Program-made: the position numbers and the translations under genes
In this document: piece after piece, positions 49,373 to 59,338 of the stretch
Layout: every line of letters starts with the position of its first letter
Numbering within the stretch: position 1 is the first letter of the stretch
From: a virus
Length of the DNA stretch: 64,000 nucleotides
Strand: one strand, 5' to 3'
IMG/VR virus record: IMGVR_UViG_3300035698_018106
Coordinates: 102,717 to 166,716 of that record
The notes under the pieces: model-generated
What the model saw: only the letters and a program-made list of their open reading frames with translations
What the model was told of the DNA's origin: nothing
The model's database searches: none

Positions 49373-50107
49373 ATGACAAAGAAAGAATTAATTGAAATGA
49401 TTAAAGATGAACTAACAGCTAGCTGTAGTTTACCCTTTAGTCCTCCAGATAAAGAAATCGACCGTATTATCAAATTAGAATCTAAATGGTTATATAGAGA
49501 ATACAGAGACGCGATATACACTAGATGGTATGTTTTAGATAAAAAATATTATACTACTCCAGAGTTTAAAAACACAAGAACTTATCAAATGCCTGAATGT
49601 GTAATGGGTATAGAATATGTTTATGAACTAACTGGCGGAAGTAGAGTTTTTGGTATTCATGATCCAGATATGCAATTTGATAGATTAATGGCAGCCGACC
49701 TTTATTTAACTCCTTTATCTTCAGATCAAATAGCATATAGAACTATACAATGGTCATTTTGGGATTTAGCTCGATCTTTTAATCTTAGAGATATTCAAAC
49801 ATCTTTCAATATTAATACACATAGACTAGGAATTATTGGTAGAGATCCAGTAGAATCTTTATTCGTTATGACAAAAAATACTATTCCAGATGCGGATTTT
49901 TATGAAGATCCTGTAGTTATAAAATGGTTTATAGCCAAGGCAAAAATATCTTTAGCTAAAATTCTAGGAACATTTAATTATAATCTTTTAGGTAATGTTA
50001 CTATTAATTATGAAATGTATAGATCTGAAGGTACTGAAGAAATAAAAGAATTAAAGGAATATATTAATGGATCAAATGTTCCAGACTGGTTCCATATGCT
50101 TAACTAA
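49373..50107 (+). CDS. hypothetical protein (baseplate cluster)
   Basis: 244-aa ORF. Confidence 0.4.
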   Translation: MTKKELIEMIKDELTASCSLPFSPPDKEIDRIIKLESKWLYREYRDAIYTRWYVLDKKYYTTPEFKNTRTYQMPECVMGIEYVYELTGGSRVFGIHDPDMQFDRLMAADLYLTPLSSDQIAYRTIQWSFWDLARSFNLRDIQTSFNINTHRLGIIGRDPVESLFVMTKNTIPDADFYEDPVVIKWFIAKAKISLAKILGTFNYNLLGNVTINYEMYRSEGTEEIKELKEYINGSNVPDWFHMLN

Positions 50108-50121
50108 AAAAATTAATAATA

Positions 50122-51921
50122 ATGTCTATAATAAGATCTAATATAAATGAAAGTCCGGACGTATATGAATTTGAAAAAAACAAAATGATTTCATGGAATG
50201 ACGCAGATGCTTATCCCATTGGTGTAAATGATATAGGAGAGGTTGGATTTGGAGTAGAAAGCACAACTCATAGATATATTGATAAAAAATATCCAAATTA
50301 TCAAGGTAGAGTTTGGCCTAAATCAAATGTTGTTACTTTTTGGGATTATCCACCCCAACGTTCGATAAAGTCTATAGTTAAACAACTAGCTTTAGAATTT
50401 AAAGAAATAGATATTAATACATTAAAAATTGAAATTGATCATCCAATTAATTTCTGGGAAACTTATACATTAGATACTTATCCAAATATAGGTCAAGATA
50501 TAGAAAAATTCAAAAGAAATAATAGAAAACAACATCAATTGTCTCCTTTAAAAAAATCTAAAGATAGAATAGTTCCAGATGGGTTAGGATCAAAGAAAAA
50601 AGCATTTCCTAAACATCTTAAACCTTTTGAGAGTGTACAAGAGAATTTAAATGAAAGTCCGGACGAAATATATCAATATCAACCATATAGAAAAACTATA
50701 GCAGTTTGGAATAATCCAGATGCTAGAGCATTTGGTATTATTAATAGTAAAATGTATGGTACTATTAGATCATCAGGATCTCATGCGGATATATTAGAAG
50801 ATAATAATTTAGGTAAAGAAGGTTGGATGGCAAGAGCACAATTCAAATATCCAGGTAGAATATGGCTTAAGAAAAAATTAATTACGTTTTGGGTATATCC
50901 AGAAAATATTAAAAAATTAGAAGAAATTATAAAAGAATTAGAGATTTTATATAAACAAGATATATGGAATGATAATGAATTTAAAATTGAAATTAATAAA
51001 ATAGATAAAGAAGATATTCCAAATATGAACAAAGATTCCAATGCGGCCTGGGTTATGTTTAATGAAGAATCAGCTGATATTATACCTCTTAAAGATTATA
51101 ATGGATCAGTAGATCCAACTGGAATTAATAAAGATCATATAAAATCCCCATTAAATAAAGATAAAAAAATTATTCCAAAAGGTACTGGATCTAAACGATA
51201 TGGTTCTAAAAAACCATTAAAATATAGACAATCTATGTATGCTGAAAGTGTTCAAGAGAATTTACTTAACGAAAATCCAAATAATATTATAAAACCTTCA
51301 ATATGGAAACAACATAAAGATGATGTTAACTATACCCCATCATATACTATAGAATATGATGAAGAAGGAAATATTCCTTTTGGATATTATGGAAAAGATA
51401 AAGTTTTTATATTTGGTGAAGATGATGATTCTCATCATGATTTACATGCTAACATAAAATCATTAGAAGCAGAAGAAATAGAAGAAAGAGGTAAAAATTC
51501 TGGGAGAGTATTTACTTCAGAAAAAGTGATATCTTTTTGGATATATCCAAAAGATAATGCAGAATTAATTAAAGTAATCAAAGATATTGAATCTCATACA
51601 GGATTGCATATATTGAATGATCCTAAATGGTTAATAGAAATACCAGATGGAATATTTAAATCATCTTTATATAAAGATGATACATCTAATAGTGGTTGGG
51701 GTACATGGTATCCTAGAGTAGGACAATTACGATTTGTTCCAGTTTCTGAATATAAAGGGGATCATAAAAGATCTGAAAAAGAACTTAAAACTCCCCATAC
51801 TAAAATAGGTAAAGGAGAAGGGGCTCAACAATATCATTCTTCTAAAGCATCTTCTGGTAAATTTAAAGCAGAATGGAGACATAAAATGAATAACGAAAAC
51901 TTCTACCCAAGATTAACATAA
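50122..51921 (+). CDS. protein of three tandem ~180-aa homologous domains, each ending in GR(V/I)(W/F)...(V/I)(T/S)FW(D/V/I)YP. Function unknown.
   Basis: 599 aa. Repeat anchors: NESPDVYEF...GRVWPKSNVVTFWDYPP; ESVQENLNESPDEIYQY...GRIWLKKKLITFWVYPEN; ESVQENLLNENPNNII...GRVFTSEKVISFWIYPKDN. Confidence 0.5.
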   Translation: MSIIRSNINESPDVYEFEKNKMISWNDADAYPIGVNDIGEVGFGVESTTHRYIDKKYPNYQGRVWPKSNVVTFWDYPPQRSIKSIVKQLALEFKEIDINTLKIEIDHPINFWETYTLDTYPNIGQDIEKFKRNNRKQHQLSPLKKSKDRIVPDGLGSKKKAFPKHLKPFESVQENLNESPDEIYQYQPYRKTIAVWNNPDARAFGIINSKMYGTIRSSGSHADILEDNNLGKEGWMARAQFKYPGRIWLKKKLITFWVYPENIKKLEEIIKELEILYKQDIWNDNEFKIEINKIDKEDIPNMNKDSNAAWVMFNEESADIIPLKDYNGSVDPTGINKDHIKSPLNKDKKIIPKGTGSKRYGSKKPLKYRQSMYAESVQENLLNENPNNIIKPSIWKQHKDDVNYTPSYTIEYDEEGNIPFGYYGKDKVFIFGEDDDSHHDLHANIKSLEAEEIEERGKNSGRVFTSEKVISFWIYPKDNAELIKVIKDIESHTGLHILNDPKWLIEIPDGIFKSSLYKDDTSNSGWGTWYPRVGQLRFVPVSEYKGDHKRSEKELKTPHTKIGKGEGAQQYHSSKASSGKFKAEWRHKMNNENFYPRLT

Positions 51922-51930
51922 AATAATTAT

Positions 51931-52188
51931 ATGAAAAAGATTAAAAAAGTATTTTATAATATATTTTTGAGAAATAGTTCTATTAAAGTATTAGCTGCTT
52001 GTTTATTAACAATTATATTTATTATAATTGGAGAAAAAAGTAATATACAATCAAATATATTTGATATTGCTGCAATTATAACTGGAGGATATGTTATATT
52101 ATTTTCAATTACAGGTATGATTTTTGCTTGGATTATAAATCCAATAAAAATCATAATAAAGAAAAGGAAAGAAAATGTGGTGGATTAG
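51931..52188 (+). CDS. small membrane protein (2 predicted TM helices); holin-like candidate
   Basis: 85 aa with two hydrophobic segments (VLAACLLTIIFIIIG, AAIITGGYVILFSITGMIFAWII) and a basic C-terminus. Confidence 0.4.
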   Translation: MKKIKKVFYNIFLRNSSIKVLAACLLTIIFIIIGEKSNIQSNIFDIAAIITGGYVILFSITGMIFAWIINPIKIIIKKRKENVVD

Positions 52189-52546
52189 TATTCTTTTTAT
52201 GATAATCGCCGGCATTTTTAATGCAGGTATGGATGTTTTAAAAAATAGATGGAAAACATCAATCTTTAAAACATGGAAAAATCAACAATGGATAAATCCA
52301 ACTTTATCATGGACAAATAAATATAAACCTAAATCTAAGATAGGAGATAAGATAATGTCAACTGTATTAGTATGGGTTACTGATTTATGGCATTTCCTTA
52401 AAATGTTAATGTTAATAAGCATATCATTTGCAATAATATTTTACAATCCAATAATATCATGGTGGATAGACATATTAATTTTATATTCATCTTTTACTAT
52501 TCCATTTGAATTTTTCTTTAGCAGATTATTTATTAAAAAAATATAA
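52175..52546 (+). CDS. small membrane protein (about 3 TM helices)
   Basis: 123 aa. Overlaps the previous ORF by 14 nt. Confidence 0.4.
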   Translation: MWWISILFMIIAGIFNAGMDVLKNRWKTSIFKTWKNQQWINPTLSWTNKYKPKSKIGDKIMSTVLVWVTDLWHFLKMLMLISISFAIIFYNPIISWWIDILILYSSFTIPFEFFFSRLFIKKI

Positions 52547-52568
52547 TTATTGAAAAAATAATAAAAAA

Positions 52569-52592
52569 GGAGATCTTCGGGTCTCCTTTTTT
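52569..52592 (+). terminator. rho-independent terminator with a UUCG tetraloop
   Basis: GGAGATC-TTCG-GGTCTCC hairpin followed by TTTTTT. Confidence 0.65.
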
Positions 52593-52599
52593 ATTTTAT

Positions 52600-52616
52600 G
52601 GATATATAAAATAAAA
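52600..52616 (+). promoter_or_regulatory. conserved 17-nt motif GGATATATAAAATAAAA (candidate late promoter) 4 nt upstream of the gp25-like start
   Basis: Exact repeat of the motif found upstream of the 45855-46499 gene. Confidence 0.4.
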
Positions 52617-52620
52617 CTAA

Positions 52621-52983
52621 ATGATTCAGGATATATATATTCGCCCACCATCTGATCCAAACTATAAAATAAATGTATTAGACCATGCAGATCCTATAGA
52701 AAGTATCATTTCAAAAATTAAAATGATTTTAGGAACAAGACAAGGTCAAGTTATGGGGGATCTTAATTTTGGTATTGGAATTGAAGATTTAATATTTGAA
52801 ACTAAGATAAATAAAGTTCGATTAGAAGAAGATATTAGTCGACAAATAATGGAATATGTAACCGAATCATCTATATATAAAATAGAACCAAAGGTAACTT
52901 TTGGAAAAGATGAAGGATATGATTATTGTGTTATAGATATTTATATTGATAATCAAAAATCTTTCGGAATTTTAGTAAAATAA
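52621..52983 (+). CDS. 25: baseplate wedge protein, gp25/GPW family
   Basis: 120 aa. ...ILGTRQGQVMGDLNFGIGIEDLIFE... parallels T4 gp25 ...ITTRKGSRPFDPEFGCDLSDQLFE... Size and position immediately before a ~640-aa gene match the cyanophage-type gp25-gp6 arrangement. Confidence 0.6.
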   Translation: MIQDIYIRPPSDPNYKINVLDHADPIESIISKIKMILGTRQGQVMGDLNFGIGIEDLIFETKINKVRLEEDISRQIMEYVTESSIYKIEPKVTFGKDEGYDYCVIDIYIDNQKSFGILVK

Positions 52984-52995
52984 AAAAAATAAAAT

Positions 52996-54909
52996 ATGCC
53001 TAATAATATATTCAAAACAAGCCGAATTAGATTAGCAGAACTATATCAAGATTCTATTAATTTTCTTAGTACAACATACGGAAATGTAGGACAATACTTC
53101 ACCATGGGATCACCTATGGGACAGTTACTACAAATTATGTTAAACTATGGCAGAATGATACTTTTTTATAATGAGGATTCTATTACAGAACTAAATATTA
53201 AAACAGCAACAAGATCTGATAGTATTAGAGGTTTAGCAAGTTTAACAGGACATAATCCATCAAGATCTATGGCAGCTAGAGGATCATTAACTCTTGCCTA
53301 TAATGGTGAAAAAATAGAAACATATTCAAGCACTATAGTAATTCCTAATTATACTACATTGACTAACCAATCAAATGGTTTAACATATACTATAACTTTA
53401 CCTGGAGAAGAAGCAAGACTTAATTTAATAGGAGCAGATAATAAATTAGTAACAAATATAGTTCAAGGAAGCATAGAATATCAACAGGCTACAGGAACTG
53501 GAGATCCTTTACAATCCTTTAATTTTTCAACAAAAAAAGGTGCAAGTATAGACCAATACTTTGTTAATGTTTTTGTTAATGGAAAATTATGGCCTAAACA
53601 AGAATCTACTTTAGATATGTCATTTGAATCGGAAGGATGTTTAATAAAAACAGGACAAACTGGTGGTTTAGATGTATTTTTCGGTAATGGATATAATGGT
53701 AAAATCCCACCAATGGGAGCTGCTATTTTAGTCGAATATTTAATAACTGATGGCGAATCTGGAAATATAGATTCTACATCTGTTAATCAACCTAATCAAT
53801 GGAAATTCACCACCCCGGGATTTGCTATTAATGGAGATCAAATAGATTTAAATTCTGTATTAGCTGTATCTATTGAAAATGATATATTATTTGGTACATT
53901 AGAAGAACCTTTATATTTAACAAGATTATTAGCCCCACATACTTCTAGAAGTTTTGTATTAGCAAATTCTGTTAATTATATATACTTTCTAAGAAAATTA
54001 AACATGTTTACTATTATTGATGCTATTCCTGGATTTGCTACATTTAATGATCAATATACATTAGATAAATATAATCAATCAAAAAGCACATACGAACAAA
54101 TAAATCAACAATATTTAAGCATATCTGCTACGTATGGACCAGATTCTGAACAAGGGAAATCAAAAAAAATAGAACTTAACACAGCAAATACTGCATTACT
54201 ACAATCTCAAAAAATGTTAGAAGAGCAAAAGAAAGATGATAACACTATTTATCTTTTCTTGATACCAGATGTTAATAAAAGAATTACACCAGGAACTGAT
54301 TATTTTAATGCACCACTAGAAGCATTTGAATTAACAGATAATGAAAAATTAGCAATCTTAGATTTAATTGAAGAGAGCGGTCAACGTATTGTTACTTTAG
54401 ACAATTCTATTTTAGAAATCCAATATCCTAAATTTGTTATCAATATGTCTTTAATATTATGGGATGGACATGAATATGATGTTGTAAGAGAAACTATATT
54501 AAGTTCTTTATCTGATTATTTTTTAAAAAATACTAGAAGAGATAGAATTCCGGTATCGGATTTAGTTAGAATAGTTGAAGGTGTTGAAGGTGTTGATTCT
54601 GTAAATATATGGTTTGATGCTGATAAAGAAAATTTTAATATTTATAGAGATAATTATGGTATTGATGAATATGGAGATATTATATTACAACGAAATGTTA
54701 CAGATGCATGGAATAATAAAGTTCCTGTAAAAGATATATATGCTTTATTTAGAGGTGGATTTGAAAGTATTAATGGTGTTGAATATGATGACAGTACAGA
54801 GAAGAATAAATTATCTACTGTAAATATTCAAGTAAGAGGATATACAACAAAGGATTTAAACGAAGAACATAATCAAGCTATTATAAATAATATAGGAACA
54901 GGCTCATGA
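52996..54909 (+). CDS. baseplate wedge protein, gp6-like. The call rests on synteny and size.
   Basis: 637 aa (T4 gp6 is 660) directly after the gp25-like gene. No motif was verifiable by eye. Confidence 0.4.
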   Translation: MPNNIFKTSRIRLAELYQDSINFLSTTYGNVGQYFTMGSPMGQLLQIMLNYGRMILFYNEDSITELNIKTATRSDSIRGLASLTGHNPSRSMAARGSLTLAYNGEKIETYSSTIVIPNYTTLTNQSNGLTYTITLPGEEARLNLIGADNKLVTNIVQGSIEYQQATGTGDPLQSFNFSTKKGASIDQYFVNVFVNGKLWPKQESTLDMSFESEGCLIKTGQTGGLDVFFGNGYNGKIPPMGAAILVEYLITDGESGNIDSTSVNQPNQWKFTTPGFAINGDQIDLNSVLAVSIENDILFGTLEEPLYLTRLLAPHTSRSFVLANSVNYIYFLRKLNMFTIIDAIPGFATFNDQYTLDKYNQSKSTYEQINQQYLSISATYGPDSEQGKSKKIELNTANTALLQSQKMLEEQKKDDNTIYLFLIPDVNKRITPGTDYFNAPLEAFELTDNEKLAILDLIEESGQRIVTLDNSILEIQYPKFVINMSLILWDGHEYDVVRETILSSLSDYFLKNTRRDRIPVSDLVRIVEGVEGVDSVNIWFDADKENFNIYRDNYGIDEYGDIILQRNVTDAWNNKVPVKDIYALFRGGFESINGVEYDDSTEKNKLSTVNIQVRGYTTKDLNEEHNQAIINNIGTGS

Positions 54910-55199
54910 ATAAATATGAATTAAATGTAGATAATCAAGAAGAACGACAACTTCATAAAATTCGTCCTTCTTATTTAGGTCAAGCAAAACACTTAAATGA
55001 TGTTTTTTTAAATCTTGGATATGATTATAGAGGAAATTTACTTAAAAATGGATCTTCTCCTGAACTATGGGCTAATCCACAACAAATTGACCTATATAAC
55101 CGATTAGAAGGATTAATTATGTTTGTGTTAGAAAATACAAAAATGATAAAAAAATGGTTTTCTATTGCTCATGATAAAAATACAACCAGACTAAATTAA
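54906..55199 (+). CDS. hypothetical protein
   Basis: 97 aa. ATGA overlap with the gp6-like gene. Confidence 0.4.
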   Translation: MNKYELNVDNQEERQLHKIRPSYLGQAKHLNDVFLNLGYDYRGNLLKNGSSPELWANPQQIDLYNRLEGLIMFVLENTKMIKKWFSIAHDKNTTRLN

Positions 55200-55229
55200 T
55201 GTCTCTAACTAAAGATAAAAACCATCATA

Positions 55230-58200
55230 ATGAATCTTTCAAATTGGAAATTATTCGATAAATCAGGAAGTCCTTTAAACTGGCTTCATGATTCTTATTT
55301 AAACTTATCATTTTCTTCTGGTCCAGGAGCTAAATCTGCTGCGGGATATTTAAATACAGATCCTAGTGGTTATATATCATCATCAAAAATAACTAATAGT
55401 GGATTTTATTACAGTAATCCAACCAATGTTTCTTATCAATATGTATTAGATGATCCAATAATCGATGTTAATATAACAGCAGACTCTTCTATTACTTATA
55501 AAGATGTATCTGTTTTTGATCCGGAATTAAATAATACATTAGGAATTAGTGGATTATATGATATAGACGTATCTACACAATTTATTTATCCTTCTACCAC
55601 ATATGCCAGTGCAATTTATTTAACACCTGTATCACAAGGATTAGTAGAAACCGAACATATTTATATATTTGAACAAATTGGAGACCAGTTAGTTAGACCA
55701 TATGATTCATCTACATCTACTATTGTAATACAAATGATTGGTAATGAATCAGAAATATCGATGTTCTTAGTAGATGATGATACACAAACTATAACATGGA
55801 CCGACTCATTAGAATATAATTTAGATGAATGGCAACCAAATTCACCTATACCTATCAATATTGGTTTTAAATCAGATGATGAAGGAGTTTATGAAAGAAG
55901 AATGAGAATTTATAATGTAATAGATGATGTCTATTATATCATGGGTGAAATTCTAGTTAACGCTGAGTCAATTGGAGAGGATGAAAGGTATAGAACCTTA
56001 TTAGGAAATTTTGGTTTGCCAGATCCTAAAGATATGCCTTCTTTATTTAAAGAATCTGATATTAATGAAGATTTACCCGATTTTGAGATAATAAATCATA
56101 AATCTAAACAGATGATATTAGATCATGATCAGATAATACCATATATAGGAACTTATAAAGCGCTTATTAATGCAATTAAATGGTTAGGATATGATGACAT
56201 ATATATTAGAGAATGGTTTAAAAATGTAAAAGAAGATACAAAGCTTTCTTTAGTCGTTCCATTTGATGCGAAAGATAGATCACAAACAATTTTAAAATTC
56301 TCTCCTGATGAAAGAAAGGCTCTTAAAAAACTAAATCAATTATCTTTAAATTATTGTATTAATAAAGAAACAGGAGATATTGATAAATGGGGCACACCTG
56401 AAACAGAAAACTGTTACGAGTTTAATATAAAAGAAGTTTTTGTAAAACTGTTATCACTTAAAAAATGGTTAGAAACTAATATAATAGGTGTACATGCTAG
56501 AATTATAGATGTTACAGGAGAAGGAGTTTATTTCGAACGATATGTTAATAGAGCATATGCTACGGGAACACATGGATTAAAATATGCCGATAATCAAAAA
56601 ATTACGCCTTATACTTCTCCATCAGATTCTGAATTAATACAAGGGGAAGCTTCTATTAATATGACATTAAAAGAATTCTCAGGATTAAAAATTGATGATT
56701 ACCAACAATATAGATTAAGTGATTTTGTAGATTATGTATGGAATCCTAAAGATCCTAGTAATTCAATAACATTACAAGATCCATCTTATTTAGCAGATCC
56801 TAGTTCTTATATAGAAATAGGAGCTCCATTATCTCACCCATTTGCTACATTAAAAGATATTCAATGGAAAGCATCTGTAGAAAAACCATTATCTGGAGTT
56901 GTTCCAGAAACGTTGGCTACTAAACCGTTATGGATATACGATAATAAAATTAAATTTTATAATATATTTGATTCATCAACAGAATTTTTTGATGTATCTA
57001 CTAACTTAGATGTTTTTGTAGAAGATGGATTAATTAGATCATCTTCAAATAATGATTGGACTAATTCAATTGAATATAGTATATATCCAAACACATTCTT
57101 TTATTTAGATTCTTCTTCTGACAGGATGTTAACTGCCGATGCGTCATATGCAATATTATCAGGTTCAGGTATTATTTATCAAAATGATGTTTCAACTTCA
57201 TATAATGTTAATTTAAATAATACAGACCCAAGCTATTTTTATGTTAATGTTGATTCAAGTATATATGTAAAAACAGATACTAGTACATCAATACAAACTA
57301 CGTTAGTGCGAGGGTATATTATGGAATCTTCTACTGGAACTAAGTGGTCATTTGATTCAAATGTTCATTTACAAACAGATATTAATTCTTCACTTATATA
57401 TGGATATGATGATACTTATCGTGTACCTTTATTAAGCATGATGAATTATAAGACTGATGATTCAAGTGATAATGTTATTAAATTTGATACAAATAAATCA
57501 TATCATTTAGAAATTAATAATGGAAAAATCGTAATGGATACTAATTTAGTTCCAGATGAGCGATATACTATTAAATTTAATTATGATGAAGAATATTATG
57601 ATCAAGAAATTAATTTAAATGTTGAATATATTTCTCCTAGAATGCCATTATATGTGGTAGATCCTAGCGTATATTATTGGGCTGATCCATCTGGTTTATC
57701 TGGTGGAGATTCTTCATTATCTATTGATAATAGTACATATACAATGGTGGTTAACCATATTGGAGAATATGCTATAGATGCTCATGCATGGGATGGATAT
57801 AATACTATGTTTTATAATCCTGCTAGAGAACTTCATAATGTATATATGAAAACACCTACCATTTATTCTCTTATAGATAATTCAGTAAATGTTTTAAATA
57901 AAGTAGAGACTAATTTATATATGAATTCTATTGATGTAAATAATATTATTAATACAAATAATAAACCAATTTTTGATAGACATGCACCTAATATAGGTTT
58001 ACGATTAGAATTTGATAATAATAGCAAACCTTATTTAGTTGCTCCTTATGTTACTTATTTTCAAGATGTACCAGCAGAAGATTCATATATGAAAATTTAT
58101 AATGTATCCGAAGATATATTAACCAGAGTAGGTAATACTATTACTATAGATAATACATATCAAGATTTTTATAATGGAGATGATGTTAATATTATGTATG

Positions 58201-59036
58201 TTTATAAAGGAGATTATTTAATAGTTGATCAATCAACAGCCACCCTAACTTCTGGAGGACCAAATTACACAGTTGATAATATTCCAGCATCTTTTGTATT
58301 AGATGGCTCCCATGATATGTATATTACTAATACTACAGAACGATCAACTTCAAACTTAATATCTAATGGAATGGATCCATTGGTACTAGATATTAACGGT
58401 TACATATTTAATGAAAATCAATTAGTTGATTTAATAGTTGAAGATTCATCTACTGGTTATAAATTTGGCGCATCATATAGAGTAGATAATATCTCAGGAA
58501 ATACACATACAATGGATAGATCATTTCCTGAATTTATAGTTAATAATTTATCTAGATATACTATAACAGCTCGACATGCATTTGGAAACTTTTCTAATTT
58601 TATTATGGATATTTCATCTGCGACTGAAAAAGATTCAAGTTTTGAAATATACACAGATAAAGATTATAGAGAATATTTTATTGATAGCACTTTTGTTATG
58701 ATAAATACTGAATTTGATCATGATTATGTTCATGATCAATGGAATGATGGATTAATAAATAATACTCATTATTTATATGATAAAGCTATTAATATAGATG
58801 TAAGTACATTAGTTATATTTAAAGCCCAATATGATTCATCTACTTATATTAATAAGCAAAAAAATATTTTTACTGTTAGAAATAATATATCCAAAGATTT
58901 AATTTTTAGAGTATATAATGATAGTGTACCTTTTATATTTGACACTCCAGGATATTATGATGTAACAGCAGGAAGTTATGATAAATACGGAAACTTAGCT
59001 ATTAAATATTTTGAAGGTTTAATTAATGTTACATGA
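55230..59036 (+). CDS. large baseplate or structural protein (gp7-like by position)
   Basis: 1268-aa ORF following the gp25 and gp6-like genes. Confidence 0.4.
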   Translation: MNLSNWKLFDKSGSPLNWLHDSYLNLSFSSGPGAKSAAGYLNTDPSGYISSSKITNSGFYYSNPTNVSYQYVLDDPIIDVNITADSSITYKDVSVFDPELNNTLGISGLYDIDVSTQFIYPSTTYASAIYLTPVSQGLVETEHIYIFEQIGDQLVRPYDSSTSTIVIQMIGNESEISMFLVDDDTQTITWTDSLEYNLDEWQPNSPIPINIGFKSDDEGVYERRMRIYNVIDDVYYIMGEILVNAESIGEDERYRTLLGNFGLPDPKDMPSLFKESDINEDLPDFEIINHKSKQMILDHDQIIPYIGTYKALINAIKWLGYDDIYIREWFKNVKEDTKLSLVVPFDAKDRSQTILKFSPDERKALKKLNQLSLNYCINKETGDIDKWGTPETENCYEFNIKEVFVKLLSLKKWLETNIIGVHARIIDVTGEGVYFERYVNRAYATGTHGLKYADNQKITPYTSPSDSELIQGEASINMTLKEFSGLKIDDYQQYRLSDFVDYVWNPKDPSNSITLQDPSYLADPSSYIEIGAPLSHPFATLKDIQWKASVEKPLSGVVPETLATKPLWIYDNKIKFYNIFDSSTEFFDVSTNLDVFVEDGLIRSSSNNDWTNSIEYSIYPNTFFYLDSSSDRMLTADASYAILSGSGIIYQNDVSTSYNVNLNNTDPSYFYVNVDSSIYVKTDTSTSIQTTLVRGYIMESSTGTKWSFDSNVHLQTDINSSLIYGYDDTYRVPLLSMMNYKTDDSSDNVIKFDTNKSYHLEINNGKIVMDTNLVPDERYTIKFNYDEEYYDQEINLNVEYISPRMPLYVVDPSVYYWADPSGLSGGDSSLSIDNSTYTMVVNHIGEYAIDAHAWDGYNTMFYNPARELHNVYMKTPTIYSLIDNSVNVLNKVETNLYMNSIDVNNIINTNNKPIFDRHAPNIGLRLEFDNNSKPYLVAPYVTYFQDVPAEDSYMKIYNVSEDILTRVGNTITIDNTYQDFYNGDDVNIMYVYKGDYLIVDQSTATLTSGGPNYTVDNIPASFVLDGSHDMYITNTTERSTSNLISNGMDPLVLDINGYIFNENQLVDLIVEDSSTGYKFGASYRVDNISGNTHTMDRSFPEFIVNNLSRYTITARHAFGNFSNFIMDISSATEKDSSFEIYTDKDYREYFIDSTFVMINTEFDHDYVHDQWNDGLINNTHYLYDKAINIDVSTLVIFKAQYDSSTYINKQKNIFTVRNNISKDLIFRVYNDSVPFIFDTPGYYDVTAGSYDKYGNLAIKYFEGLINVT

Positions 59037-59338
59037 AAAGACGTCCAAACAGAATCCCAGATAACATAGATATAGAAAAATCTTATTTAGAAATTGATGG
59101 ATTAGGTTGGAGATCGCCAATACATTTATCAATACATTCGATAATGGATTTAATGGAATTAGAATTACCACCTGCTCCAAATGTAAAAATTGTCACTTTT
59201 GAAGATCAAGATTCCTCGATAACTCGTCCACCTGATACATATTCAATTGATACATCTTTACATTTATCTGTAGATGAAAATTTTCTATATGTTTGGATAA
59301 ATAATAGATGGAAACGATTACCTTTATCTAATTTTTAA
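59033..59338 (+). CDS. hypothetical protein
   Basis: 101 aa. 4-nt overlap with the upstream gene. Confidence 0.35.
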   Translation: MKRRPNRIPDNIDIEKSYLEIDGLGWRSPIHLSIHSIMDLMELELPPAPNVKIVTFEDQDSSITRPPDTYSIDTSLHLSVDENFLYVWINNRWKRLPLSNF

